A stretch of DNA of 64,000 bases from an uncultured Gemmatimonadota bacterium (GTDB lineage Bacteria > JAAXHH01): positions 2,816,001-2,880,000 of the forward strand of contig OX638340.1 of NCBI GenBank assembly GCA_951812955.1, in the 5' to 3' direction. The notes under the pieces are model-generated. The model searched no databases and was not told where the DNA came from. It saw only the letters and a program-made list of their open reading frames with translations. Both the position numbers and the translations under genes were made by a program. Shown here in pieces: positions 50,162 to 59,203 of the stretch. How positions within the stretch are numbered: position 1 is the first letter of the stretch; every line of letters starts with the position of its first letter.

Positions 50162-51547
50162 ATGTTCAGACTCGAATTCGACCGCGGGACCATCCTGGTG
50201 CATGGCGACAGAGCCACGGTGGCCGAGTTGAAGCTTCCGGGCTGCGCCTTTGACCGGCGGGTGTCGCTTTACCGAGCTCCGGCACGGCATTACCGCGAGA
50301 TCATAACGCGGCTGGCCGACCGGGGATTGACTTACCGGGACGACGCCCGGTCCTACGGCAAACTGGACCTGTCCTTTCAGTCGGACCGGTCTCCCTTCCC
50401 CTATCAACAGGAAGCGGTAGACGCCTGGTGGCAGGCGGGCGGCCGCGGCGTGGTCGTGCTGCCGACCGGGGCGGGAAAGACCTTCGTCGCACTGATGGCG
50501 ATGGCGCGGGTCCAGCGCGGCACGCTGGTAGTCGTGCCTACCATCGACCTGATGCAACAGTGGTACGGCGTGATCTCCAGCCAGTTCGATATCGAAGTGG
50601 GACTGATCGGCGGTGGCTACTACGACGTCGAGCCGGTCACCGTGTCCACCTACGATTCCGCGTACCTGCATATGGAACGGTTCGGCCACCGGTTCGGCCT
50701 GGTGATCTTCGACGAATGCCACCACCTGCCGGGACCCTCCTATCTGATGACGGCCGACCTGTCGCTGGCGCCTTACCGGCTCGGGCTGACGGCCACGCTC
50801 GAACGGGAGGACGGCGCGGAACACCAGTTGAAGGACGCGATCGGAGAGACCGTCTACCGCCAGGAGATCCGCGCGCTAAGCGGGGAATACCTGTCCGGCT
50901 ACGAAACGATAAAAGTCAGTGTGCGCCTTTCCCCGGAAGAACGCGAGGAATACCAGGAGGAAAGGAATACCTACCGCGCGTTCCTGGACAGCCACCGGAT
51001 CTCGTTGTCCGGGCCAAATGGATGGGTCCGTTTTCTGGCGGCGACGTCCCGCAGCGAAGAAGGCCGCCGGGCATTCACGGCCTACCGTACCCAGAAGGCC
51101 ATCGCCCAGGGTTCACAGGCAAAGCTGCGCGTGCTGGAAAGATTGATCCGGCAGCACCGCCGCGACCGCATGCTCATCTTCACCAGCGACAACGAAACGG
51201 TCTACCGCATATCGCGCCGGTTTCTCATTCCAGCCATCACGCACCAGACCAAGGTGAAGGAGCGCCAGGAATTGCTGGCGGCGTTTAACGCCGGTGAATA
51301 CCCCTTCCTGGTCACCTCCCGCGTACTGAACGAAGGGGTCGATGTCCCCGAGGCCAACGTGGCCGTGGTGCTGTCCGGTTCCGGTAGCGTAAGGGAACAT
51401 GTACAGCGTCTCGGCCGCATTCTCCGGCGTGTCGAGGGGAAGCACGCGATCCTGTACGAACTCGTGGCGGAGCAGACGGGCGAGGAATACGCGAGCTCGC
51501 GGCGAAGGCAGCACAGCGCCTACCGGAAAGCCCCGGAAGGGAGGTAA
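50162..51547 (+). CDS. XPB-like SF2 DNA helicase (ERCC3/RAD25 family)
   Basis: N-terminal damage-recognition-like domain (LEFDRGTILVHGD..), helicase motif I VLPTGAGKT, motif II IFDECHH, motif VI SGSGSVREHVQRLGRILR. Confidence 0.75.
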   Translation: MFRLEFDRGTILVHGDRATVAELKLPGCAFDRRVSLYRAPARHYREIITRLADRGLTYRDDARSYGKLDLSFQSDRSPFPYQQEAVDAWWQAGGRGVVVLPTGAGKTFVALMAMARVQRGTLVVVPTIDLMQQWYGVISSQFDIEVGLIGGGYYDVEPVTVSTYDSAYLHMERFGHRFGLVIFDECHHLPGPSYLMTADLSLAPYRLGLTATLEREDGAEHQLKDAIGETVYRQEIRALSGEYLSGYETIKVSVRLSPEEREEYQEERNTYRAFLDSHRISLSGPNGWVRFLAATSRSEEGRRAFTAYRTQKAIAQGSQAKLRVLERLIRQHRRDRMLIFTSDNETVYRISRRFLIPAITHQTKVKERQELLAAFNAGEYPFLVTSRVLNEGVDVPEANVAVVLSGSGSVREHVQRLGRILRRVEGKHAILYELVAEQTGEEYASSRRRQHSAYRKAPEGR

Positions 51548-51550
51548 GGC

Positions 51551-52801
51551 ATGCTGACGGGTGACCTCCTCCGCGTCCGTTTTCGTAAGGGCCGGATCCA
51601 TCTTCCCTATATCGATGATCAGGATCCCGATCACCTCGGGATCGCCGAAACGCTGATCCGGATTTTCGAAAACCACGAGGGCGGAACCCGCCAGGAACTG
51701 GATGAAGAGCTGGCGGATACGACCGGCAGCGGGACGGAATTCCTGTTTCATCGCGGACTGGCCAAGTTGCTGCGGGACCGCTGTACGTTCGAGTCGGCGT
51801 CACCCGTCGACCCTGCGGATCTTCGAAGGCGGATCTTCGCGGCCGCTGCCGCGGCATACAGCACGGATCAGGTCCGCATCGACCGGGAGGCCATTCTGGC
51901 CGCGGCGGGTGCGCCGGACGCCCTGGATGTCACGCAGGTGGAAGGAACTTTCTACGCCGATCTGAAGGAAGCCGAACGGCTCAAGTCATTCAAGCCCTGT
52001 ACGCCCGGATGGCTCTTGAGCAGGTACAACGTCGCCCTGGCCCAGGCCGCCCTGCTGCGGGCATCCGGAATGGATATGCTCGTGGAAGGAGAAAGTCCGG
52101 CCCGTTATCGTGAACTCTTCCGCAAGATGAAGTTCTTCCGCCTGCTCCACGAAATCCGGCAGACCGGTCCGGGGAAATACCACGTTCACGTTGACGGTCC
52201 CATGTCGCTCTTCAAGTCATCCCAACGCTACGGACTGCAGATCGCCCAGTTTCTCCCTTCCGTGCTGCACTGCCAAACCTGGCAAATCACGGCTTCTATT
52301 GTCTGGGGCGCCGCGCGCCGTGAAGGTGTATTGAAATTGACGCCTGAAACGGGGTTGAAACCGGTAGGCCCTTCTACGGGACAGTGGATACCCGAAGAGG
52401 TGGCCTGGCTCGAAGACCGGTTTAACCGGCTTAAAACGGATTGGCGCATTTCGGCCGGGACGGACGTCATCGACCTGGGCGGCCAGGGTGTACTGGCTCC
52501 CGAGTATATCCTCACCCATCTACCCACCGGGATGAGCGTATACCTGGAATTCCTCGGATACTGGCGCTCCGAAGGTGTGAGGACGCGCCTGGAACTGCTG
52601 GGCAGATACGGCCCTCCGAACATGATCCTGGCGATTTCCGCGGAACTGGGCGTGGATGAAGAAGCATCGACGGATATTCCCGGCGAGGTCTATGCGTACC
52701 GACGGACACCCGTCGCCCGCGACATCCTGAAAATCCTGGAAAACATGGTTAAAACCCATCCAGGCGCATCGGCGGGAACCCTGGATTTGTTCGACCCCTA
52801 G
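51551..52801 (+). CDS. DUF790-family protein (Bax1-like nuclease partner of XPB)
   Basis: ~415 aa immediately 3' of the XPB-like gene (4-bp gap). N-terminus MLTGDLLRVRFRKGRIHLPYI... matches the DUF790 start seen next to bacterial XPB genes. Assignment by synteny and remembered consensus. Confidence 0.5.
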   Translation: MLTGDLLRVRFRKGRIHLPYIDDQDPDHLGIAETLIRIFENHEGGTRQELDEELADTTGSGTEFLFHRGLAKLLRDRCTFESASPVDPADLRRRIFAAAAAAYSTDQVRIDREAILAAAGAPDALDVTQVEGTFYADLKEAERLKSFKPCTPGWLLSRYNVALAQAALLRASGMDMLVEGESPARYRELFRKMKFFRLLHEIRQTGPGKYHVHVDGPMSLFKSSQRYGLQIAQFLPSVLHCQTWQITASIVWGAARREGVLKLTPETGLKPVGPSTGQWIPEEVAWLEDRFNRLKTDWRISAGTDVIDLGGQGVLAPEYILTHLPTGMSVYLEFLGYWRSEGVRTRLELLGRYGPPNMILAISAELGVDEEASTDIPGEVYAYRRTPVARDILKILENMVKTHPGASAGTLDLFDP

Positions 52802-52816
52802 GCGGGCATAAATGGG

Positions 52817-55576
52817 TTGATTTGTCCGTCCGGCGCGTTTAAGGTTATGGCCATGTCGTCCCATCCCTCCATTTCCGTTTCGTCACCCTGGATTACCCGT
52901 GGTTTCGAGGCGTTCCGCCAGGGAACCTTCGGCAATGGCGGCCAGAATCTCTACGTGTCCCGAGCTGGTGTCCTGCAGCGCATACACCAGTTCGACCTGG
53001 ACCGCGACGGCCACGTCGACCTCGTCTTCTGCAACAGTCAGAACCACGGTGAAAAGCCTCCGGTAACCGTGTACCATGACGTACTCGGCCAGACCGCTTC
53101 CAGGTCCCTTCCATCCGACGGCGGAAGAACCGGAGTCGTCGCCGATCTGAACGGGGACGGATACGACGACCTGGTCGTCGGCATGTTCTACAACGGGATC
53201 CGGCGGGACCTCAACGCGTATCTGTACTACGGCGGTCCGGACGGGTTCGGCGAGCGGCGCGTGCAGTACCTGCCTGTTCCTTTTTGTACTTCGGTTGCCG
53301 CCGGGGATTTCGACGGGGACGGGCTGCCGGACCTGGCCTTCGTTTCCGACGGCGGCGTGCGGCTTTTCCTCCAGACTTCGTTGGGATTCGAGCCTAAAAG
53401 ATACCGGGATCTCGACATAGCGGCCAACCAGGTCGCGTCCGACGACCTGGACGGCGATGGTTACGCGGACCTGGTCGTGCGTGCCGCGGAGGGATTGGTC
53501 AGTATATACTGGGGTGGTCCGGACGGGTTAGACCCGGACAGATCGTCTCAGATACCCATCGATGCCGACCCGTCGGAAGAACCGGATTCAGGCCATGACG
53601 GTTATCCCGAGGATGTCGATCCCGCCGTTCCGCTGGTATCCGTTGTCAGAATCCACGACATCCCCCACGTATTCGTCGCCCGAGCCGCTGCGGCATGCCT
53701 GGCGCCATTCGATAACAGCCGGGAACCCGGTCCACCGCTACGCCTGCCTTGCCGCAATGCGCTTGCCGTTGCCGCGGGCGACCTGGACGGGAACGGTCGG
53801 ACCGACCTGGTCGTGGCCTGCCGGGACCGGCACAATGGGGCGGAGTGTTCGTGGGTGTACCGCGGAACGGTGGACGGTTTCAACGACGCGCACCGTACCG
53901 CGATTCCGAGTCTATTCGCCTGTGACGCGGCCCTGGACGACCTGGACGGGGACGGTCGGGATGAAATCGTTATCTGCCAGACCCACACGCCGGAAAGCTA
54001 TACGTCGGAATCCCGCGTGTACTGCTGGACGGGGGAGGGATTGTCGGCGCCACGGGCCCTGGAGACCCACGACGCCCGGCGGGTACTGATGGCGCGAGCC
54101 CCGGACGATCCCAGGCCGCGGGCCGTCTTCATCAACCAGTTCAGCAGAAACCTCATGGGGGATATCCCCGTTTACATCTATCACGGCAGTCCGGATGGCT
54201 TTTCAGAGGGAAACCGGCAGGAAGTCGCGGGCTGGGGGTCGGTCGAAGCGCTCCGCTGCGACGTGAACGACGACGGGCTGCCGGACTTGATCCTGGCCAA
54301 CGCGTCCGAGAACTCGGTGCGGCAAGATCCCGGATCCTACGTGTACTTCAATCGTGCCTGTACTTTCGGGAGCGGACCCAACCTGCGCCTGCCCACCGTC
54401 CGCGCCCACGGGGTGTGTTGTGCGGATCTTGACCGGGACGGGTATCTCGATCTCGTCTTCTGTGGATTCGACAATCCGGACATCGTGATATTCTATGGAA
54501 GCCAAGACGGGTTCGACACCGAAAACACTGAGCGAATCCGGCTCGAATACGAGGGCGTCGTCTACAAGGACCCTCGATGGATATTCCTTGTAGACCTGAA
54601 TGGCGACGGCTGGCTCGACCTGGTCGTGCCGCAGATCGCGGACGATTACAGCTTCATCCTCTGGGGCGGACAGGAAGGGTTCAGTATGGACCGATGCCAG
54701 GCGCTTTCTGTCTGGCACGGCGCGTGCGCCCGGGCGGCGGACCTTAGCGGGAACGGGTATCCCGACCTGGTCATCGGCGGCCACGAACCTTCCCACGGGG
54801 CCCCCCACGATTCCTTCGTGCACATCTACTGGAACGGTCCGGACGGCCTGCGCGAGGACCGTCGCACCCTGTTGCCCGGCAACGCGGTAAATGCCATGTC
54901 GATCATGGATTTCAACGGGGACGGGTTGCTCGATCTCTTCATCTGCTCCTACCACGACAACCGGGTACGGGACATCGATTCCTTCATTTACTGGAACCGG
55001 CCCGATCTCGGTTTTTCTACCGACGATCGCACCCGGCTGTTCACCCATTCCGCGTCGGGTTGTATGGCCGCCGACTTCGACGGCGACGGTTATGTCGACC
55101 TCGCCATCGCCTATCACAAGGTTGAAGGCGACCACGTAGGCTTCTCCGCCGTCTGGTGGAACGGCTCGGACGGGTTCGACTCTCGACGGGTGACCCGCTT
55201 GCCCACGAACGGCCCCCACGGCATGACCGCCGTACAGCCTGGAAACATGCTGGACGCGGGTCCCGAAGAATACTACGTCTCCGCGCCGCACGAGATGCCC
55301 CATGGCCAGTCCGTCACCGCCATCGCCTGGGAAGCGGAATACGGACCCGGGACCTGGGTGCGCGTCCAGATCAGGCGGGCGGATACGGCGGAGGCGCTGA
55401 ACTGCGCCACCTGGCAGGGATCGTCCGGAGATGATTCCTGGTACAGGCGGCCTGGCCCGGTGTCGTTGCCGGGTGAAGACACCGGGGCCCGGTGGATACA
55501 GTACCGCCTCGCGCTGGGTGCGGAAAACGGAGGCAGTACGCCCAGGGTAACAGAAGTCCGGATCGAAACAGATTGA
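52817..55576 (+). CDS. FG-GAP (integrin-alpha-like) repeat protein, 919 aa, no recognisable signal peptide
   Basis: >12 FG-GAP Ca-binding loops (FDLDRDGHVDLVFCN, ADLNGDGYDDLVVGM, GDFDGDGLPDLAFVS, DDLDGDGYADLVVRA, ...). N-terminus MICPSGAFKVMAMSSHPSISVSS lacks a hydrophobic leader. Begins 16 bp after the DUF790 stop. Confidence 0.65.
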   Translation: MICPSGAFKVMAMSSHPSISVSSPWITRGFEAFRQGTFGNGGQNLYVSRAGVLQRIHQFDLDRDGHVDLVFCNSQNHGEKPPVTVYHDVLGQTASRSLPSDGGRTGVVADLNGDGYDDLVVGMFYNGIRRDLNAYLYYGGPDGFGERRVQYLPVPFCTSVAAGDFDGDGLPDLAFVSDGGVRLFLQTSLGFEPKRYRDLDIAANQVASDDLDGDGYADLVVRAAEGLVSIYWGGPDGLDPDRSSQIPIDADPSEEPDSGHDGYPEDVDPAVPLVSVVRIHDIPHVFVARAAAACLAPFDNSREPGPPLRLPCRNALAVAAGDLDGNGRTDLVVACRDRHNGAECSWVYRGTVDGFNDAHRTAIPSLFACDAALDDLDGDGRDEIVICQTHTPESYTSESRVYCWTGEGLSAPRALETHDARRVLMARAPDDPRPRAVFINQFSRNLMGDIPVYIYHGSPDGFSEGNRQEVAGWGSVEALRCDVNDDGLPDLILANASENSVRQDPGSYVYFNRACTFGSGPNLRLPTVRAHGVCCADLDRDGYLDLVFCGFDNPDIVIFYGSQDGFDTENTERIRLEYEGVVYKDPRWIFLVDLNGDGWLDLVVPQIADDYSFILWGGQEGFSMDRCQALSVWHGACARAADLSGNGYPDLVIGGHEPSHGAPHDSFVHIYWNGPDGLREDRRTLLPGNAVNAMSIMDFNGDGLLDLFICSYHDNRVRDIDSFIYWNRPDLGFSTDDRTRLFTHSASGCMAADFDGDGYVDLAIAYHKVEGDHVGFSAVWWNGSDGFDSRRVTRLPTNGPHGMTAVQPGNMLDAGPEEYYVSAPHEMPHGQSVTAIAWEAEYGPGTWVRVQIRRADTAEALNCATWQGSSGDDSWYRRPGPVSLPGEDTGARWIQYRLALGAENGGSTPRVTEVRIETD

Positions 55577-55618
55577 CGGATTGGCAGTCTGTATTGCGGC
55601 CGGAAGGGAAAGTGACAG

Positions 55619-56479
55619 ATGCGCGCAGAACAGGTCGTCCTCGACTCATTGCGCCAGTGGGCGGAAGAGCATGACAACATCCGCGGCATGGTCCTGACGA
55701 GTTCCCGGGTCAACGAAGACGCGGTCCTGGACCTGATGTCGGACTACGACGTGGAGGTCTATGTGACCGACCAGCAGTGTTTCGCGGGGGGCGATGAATG
55801 GCTGGAGGCATTCGGCCCCGTGTTAATACGTTGGCCTGCGTGCCCTGCCTGGGACGAGGAGGGCGGGTTGTATCGCCTTGTGATCTATGAAGACGGCGTA
55901 CGGATCGACTGGGGAGTAAAAAAGGTTGAGCAAATGAAAAGGTTCAATGGTCCTTCCCAACCCTACAGAGTGCTGGTGGACAAGGACCGGCGCGTCGAAA
56001 ACCCGCTCCAGACGAGTTATGCCGGTTTCAACATCACCCGGCCTTCGAAGACAGAATTCGATTCGATGATGCATGACTTCTGGTGGGACCTCACCTACGT
56101 GGCGAAAAGTCTCTGGCGCGACGAAATTTACTGGGCGAAGTACATGTATGGCAGACGGCACTTCAAGGAGCTCGAAAAGGTCATCGAATGGTACATCGGC
56201 ATGCATCACGAATGGTCTGTCAACACCAACAAGCACGGCCGGTGGTTCAAGCGGTACCTGGACGAAGATACGCTGGAAGAAATCGATTCCACCTTTGCGG
56301 GCGCGGATATCAAGGAAAACTGGACCGCGCTGTTCAACATGACCCGGCTGTTCAGGCGGCTTTCCGTCGCGGTCGCAGATGAACTGGGTTTCGATTACCC
56401 CCATGATTCCGACCGGCGCGTTACGGCGTACATGGACAAGATCAGGCGCCTGGACCGGGACGCGGAGGATTTCGTATGA
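55619..56479 (+). CDS. Aminoglycoside 6-nucleotidyltransferase (ANT(6)/AadK-like, streptomycin adenylyltransferase family)
   Basis: Collinear similarity to Bacillus AadK: MRAEQVVLD.. vs MRSEQEMMD.., SDYDVEVYVTD vs QDYDISYFVTD, LVIYEDGVRIDWGV vs IILFEDGNKLDLTL. Full-length ~286 aa. Confidence 0.65.
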   Translation: MRAEQVVLDSLRQWAEEHDNIRGMVLTSSRVNEDAVLDLMSDYDVEVYVTDQQCFAGGDEWLEAFGPVLIRWPACPAWDEEGGLYRLVIYEDGVRIDWGVKKVEQMKRFNGPSQPYRVLVDKDRRVENPLQTSYAGFNITRPSKTEFDSMMHDFWWDLTYVAKSLWRDEIYWAKYMYGRRHFKELEKVIEWYIGMHHEWSVNTNKHGRWFKRYLDEDTLEEIDSTFAGADIKENWTALFNMTRLFRRLSVAVADELGFDYPHDSDRRVTAYMDKIRRLDRDAEDFV

Positions 56480-56520
56480 AGACTGGTGTAATTTTTTATA
56501 GCGGTTATTCGAACTGACAT

Positions 56521-56538
56521 ATTGTACAATTGTACAAT
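56521..56538. promoter_or_regulatory. Perfect 18-bp palindrome ATTGTACAATTGTACAAT upstream of the ALDH7-like gene (candidate GntR/FadR-type operator)
   Basis: Two abutting copies of the self-complementary TTGTACAA in the AT-rich leader ~80 bp before ATG 56615. The core fits the GntR-family t.GT-N-AC.a half-site logic. Confidence 0.3.
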
Positions 56539-56614
56539 AGGCAAGCACGAGCAGGTAAGCTGGTTCTGTTAGACTATTCACCATTTCAGGGTACATAATA
56601 TCGGAGAACCCAAG

Positions 56615-58153
56615 ATGAGGGCACTGCTCGAGAAACTGAATATCGAGGCACTGAACGCCGGGGCCTGCACGGGGATGGACGGCTGGATTCATGGCGAGGG
56701 GCCGATTCTGACGTCATACAACCCGACGACCGACGAACCGATCGCGGGCGTGCGGCAGGCGACACCCGAGGTTTACGACCGGGTAATCGAACACGCCCGC
56801 GGGACCTTCGAGGACTGGCGGATGATACCCGCTCCCAAGCGGGGCGACATGGTACGGGACCTGGGCAATATACTGCGGGCGTACAAGGAACCGCTGGGTG
56901 AACTCGTTGCCCTGGAAATGGGAAAGATCCGCGTGGAAGGCATGGGGGAAGTCCAGGAGATGATCGACATCTGCGATTTTGCCGTCGGCCTTTCGCGCCA
57001 GTTGTATGGACTGACCATCGCGAGCGAACGGCCCAGTCACCGCATGAGCGAGCAGTGGCACCCGCTGGGGGTGGTCGGCATCATTTCCGCCTTCAACTTT
57101 CCGGTCGCGGTCTGGTCGTGGAACGCTTCCCTGGCCTCGGTGTGCGGCGACGTCACCGTGTGGAAGCCCAGCGGGCAGACGCCCCTTACGGCCGTAGCCA
57201 CGCAGCACCTGTGCAACCGGGTCATGGCGGACCACGGCGTGGACGGCGTGTTCAACCTGGCCATCGGGCGCGGCAGCGACGTGGGCAATCTCATGATCGA
57301 CGACGAACGGATCCCCATCGTTTCCTTCACGGGTTCTACCGCCACCGGCAAGACTGTGGCCTCGCGGGTCGCGTCCCGTTTCGGCAAAACGATTCTGGAG
57401 CTGGGCGGCAACAACGCGATCATCGTAACCGAGAACGCCGACCTGGAACTGGCTGTGCCCAGCATCGTGTTCGGCGCCGTGGGGACGGCCGGACAGCGGT
57501 GCACGTCCACGCGGCGTATTATCGGGCACAGGAGCCTGACGTCAACCCTGATCGATCAGCTGGCCCGCGCATACGCACAGGTTCCAATGGGAGATCCTGT
57601 CGATGACACTACCCTCATGGGACCGCTGGTCACGGCCGACGCGGTGGACGACATGATGCAGGCCATCGAGCAGGCGAAATCCGAGGGCGGCGAGGTGATA
57701 ACCGGTGGCAACCGTCGTCCGGACCTGGGCTCCAATTTCGTCGAGCCGACGATCATCCGCATGCCAGCACAGACGGATATCGTGAAGCAGGAGACTTTCG
57801 CACCGATACTCTATATCCTTGAGTATGATACCATGGACGAGGCCCTTATCCTGCATAACGACGTGCCCCAGGGCCTGTCGAGCGCAATCTTTACCGACAG
57901 CCTGCGCCAGGCGGAACGCTTTCTCTCCGCCGGGGGATCGGATTGCGGCATCGCGAACGTGAATATCGGCACTTCGGGCGCCGAGATCGGCGGGGCCTTC
58001 GGCGGCGAAAAGGAAACGGGAGGCGGGCGCGAGTCGGGTTCGGACGCGTGGAGAGCCTACATGCGCCGCCAGACCAATACCGTCAACTGGTCGACCGATC
58101 TCCCGCTGGCCCAGGGGATCGAGTTCGGCGCCGGTGAATCGGACGATGACTGA
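56615..58153 (+). CDS. Aldehyde dehydrogenase, ALDH7 (antiquitin / alpha-aminoadipic-semialdehyde / piperideine-6-carboxylate dehydrogenase) family
   Basis: Family-specific stretch GEVQEMIDICDFAVGLSRQLYG. Glu in ELGGNNAIIV and catalytic Cys in GQRCTSTRR. N-terminus KLNIE...NPTTDEPIA typical of AASADH. Confidence 0.75.
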   Translation: MRALLEKLNIEALNAGACTGMDGWIHGEGPILTSYNPTTDEPIAGVRQATPEVYDRVIEHARGTFEDWRMIPAPKRGDMVRDLGNILRAYKEPLGELVALEMGKIRVEGMGEVQEMIDICDFAVGLSRQLYGLTIASERPSHRMSEQWHPLGVVGIISAFNFPVAVWSWNASLASVCGDVTVWKPSGQTPLTAVATQHLCNRVMADHGVDGVFNLAIGRGSDVGNLMIDDERIPIVSFTGSTATGKTVASRVASRFGKTILELGGNNAIIVTENADLELAVPSIVFGAVGTAGQRCTSTRRIIGHRSLTSTLIDQLARAYAQVPMGDPVDDTTLMGPLVTADAVDDMMQAIEQAKSEGGEVITGGNRRPDLGSNFVEPTIIRMPAQTDIVKQETFAPILYILEYDTMDEALILHNDVPQGLSSAIFTDSLRQAERFLSAGGSDCGIANVNIGTSGAEIGGAFGGEKETGGGRESGSDAWRAYMRRQTNTVNWSTDLPLAQGIEFGAGESDDD

Positions 58154-58223
58154 CCGGAAAAAACCTTACAGCGTTTCACGAGTCAACAAGAGGAACGGAA
58201 ACCGACCATAGGGGGGACAACCT

Positions 58224-59093
58224 ATGTCATCCAACGGGGCGTTTATCATAGACAAGAACCTGGGCGCGCGCCTGGACGAGACCCAGGCGGATCTGCCGAA
58301 GGCCAATTCCGATGGCGAAGCGGTCGTCCCGCCGACGGATGAACAGAAATACCTGTTCGACAAGGACGGCTGGCTCCTGTTGCCCGGGGTGCTGTCCGAG
58401 GCCGAATGCGTGGAGATGCGGGCGTTCTGCCTGCAGTTGCACCATGATCCGGAGTCCATCCCCGAACCCGAGCGTTCTGTCCTCGGCGGACCATTACAGC
58501 GCCTGACGGACCACCCATTGGTGGTGGGTTTCATGAACGAATTTCTGGCCTACCCCGGCCTGTCCAGCCAGATTTGCTACGGTTTCCGTCAGGAATCTGC
58601 CAGTTTATTCTACCGGGAATCCGGTGACGGCGCCTTCGGCCCTCATAACGGCAACGGCATGCTGCGTTTCCCGGGCGACTCCCATCTCTACCGCTGTATT
58701 CCTGGCAAGGCCAACTCCGCGCTGACAAGGGTGGTCTGGGAACTGAACCCGGTCACGGAGGGGAACGGAACGCTGCTGGTATCCGGAAGCCACAAGGCCG
58801 TCTTCCCCGCGCCGCCGTCCATACAATCGCCGGACTCGCCGATCTGGAACACCTATACCTGTCCGCCAGGATCGTTGATATTCTTCACCGAGGCCCTCAC
58901 CCACAGCGGCAGGCCCTGGATCGACGAGGAGCATCCGCGGATCGCCGTCTTCAGTTGCTACAACTCTGTCAACAGCAAGTGGCACAACTGGGACCCGCAC
59001 CCCGAGCTTCTTGCTTCCATGCCGCCCCTCAGACAGACCCTCTACCGTCCGGTTCACGTGGCTGGCAACCTGGTGGGTGGCGAGGTACACTGA
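58224..59093 (+). CDS. PhyH-like Fe(II)/2OG dioxygenase family protein
   Basis: N-terminal YLFDKDGWLLLPGVLSEAE and distal-His segment VVWELNPVTEGNGTLLVSGSHKA resemble the PhyH/ectoine-hydroxylase fold; the HxD motif is not canonical. Confidence 0.45.
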   Translation: MSSNGAFIIDKNLGARLDETQADLPKANSDGEAVVPPTDEQKYLFDKDGWLLLPGVLSEAECVEMRAFCLQLHHDPESIPEPERSVLGGPLQRLTDHPLVVGFMNEFLAYPGLSSQICYGFRQESASLFYRESGDGAFGPHNGNGMLRFPGDSHLYRCIPGKANSALTRVVWELNPVTEGNGTLLVSGSHKAVFPAPPSIQSPDSPIWNTYTCPPGSLIFFTEALTHSGRPWIDEEHPRIAVFSCYNSVNSKWHNWDPHPELLASMPPLRQTLYRPVHVAGNLVGGEVH

Positions 59094-59123
59094 GCGTGGT
59101 TTCGATCAGGGTGCCGGGGAACT

Positions 59124-59159
59124 GGGATTGCCGATCAAACAGGGATTGCCGATCGAACA
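59124..59159. repeat. 18-bp tandem duplication (gggattgccgatcRaaca x2) 30 bp downstream of the PhyH-like stop
   Basis: Copies 59124-59141 and 59142-59159, one mismatch. Confidence 0.8.
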
Positions 59160-59183
59160 TGGGAGGCCCTGAAGAAAGGGAAG

Positions 59184-59203
59184 GCCGGCGTATTCAAGCC
59201 GGG
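59184..59203. terminator. Possible bidirectional hairpin between convergent genes (GCCGGC-gtattcaa-GCCGG)
   Basis: 5-6-bp GC stem read directly; no flanking U-tract, so weak. Confidence 0.2.
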
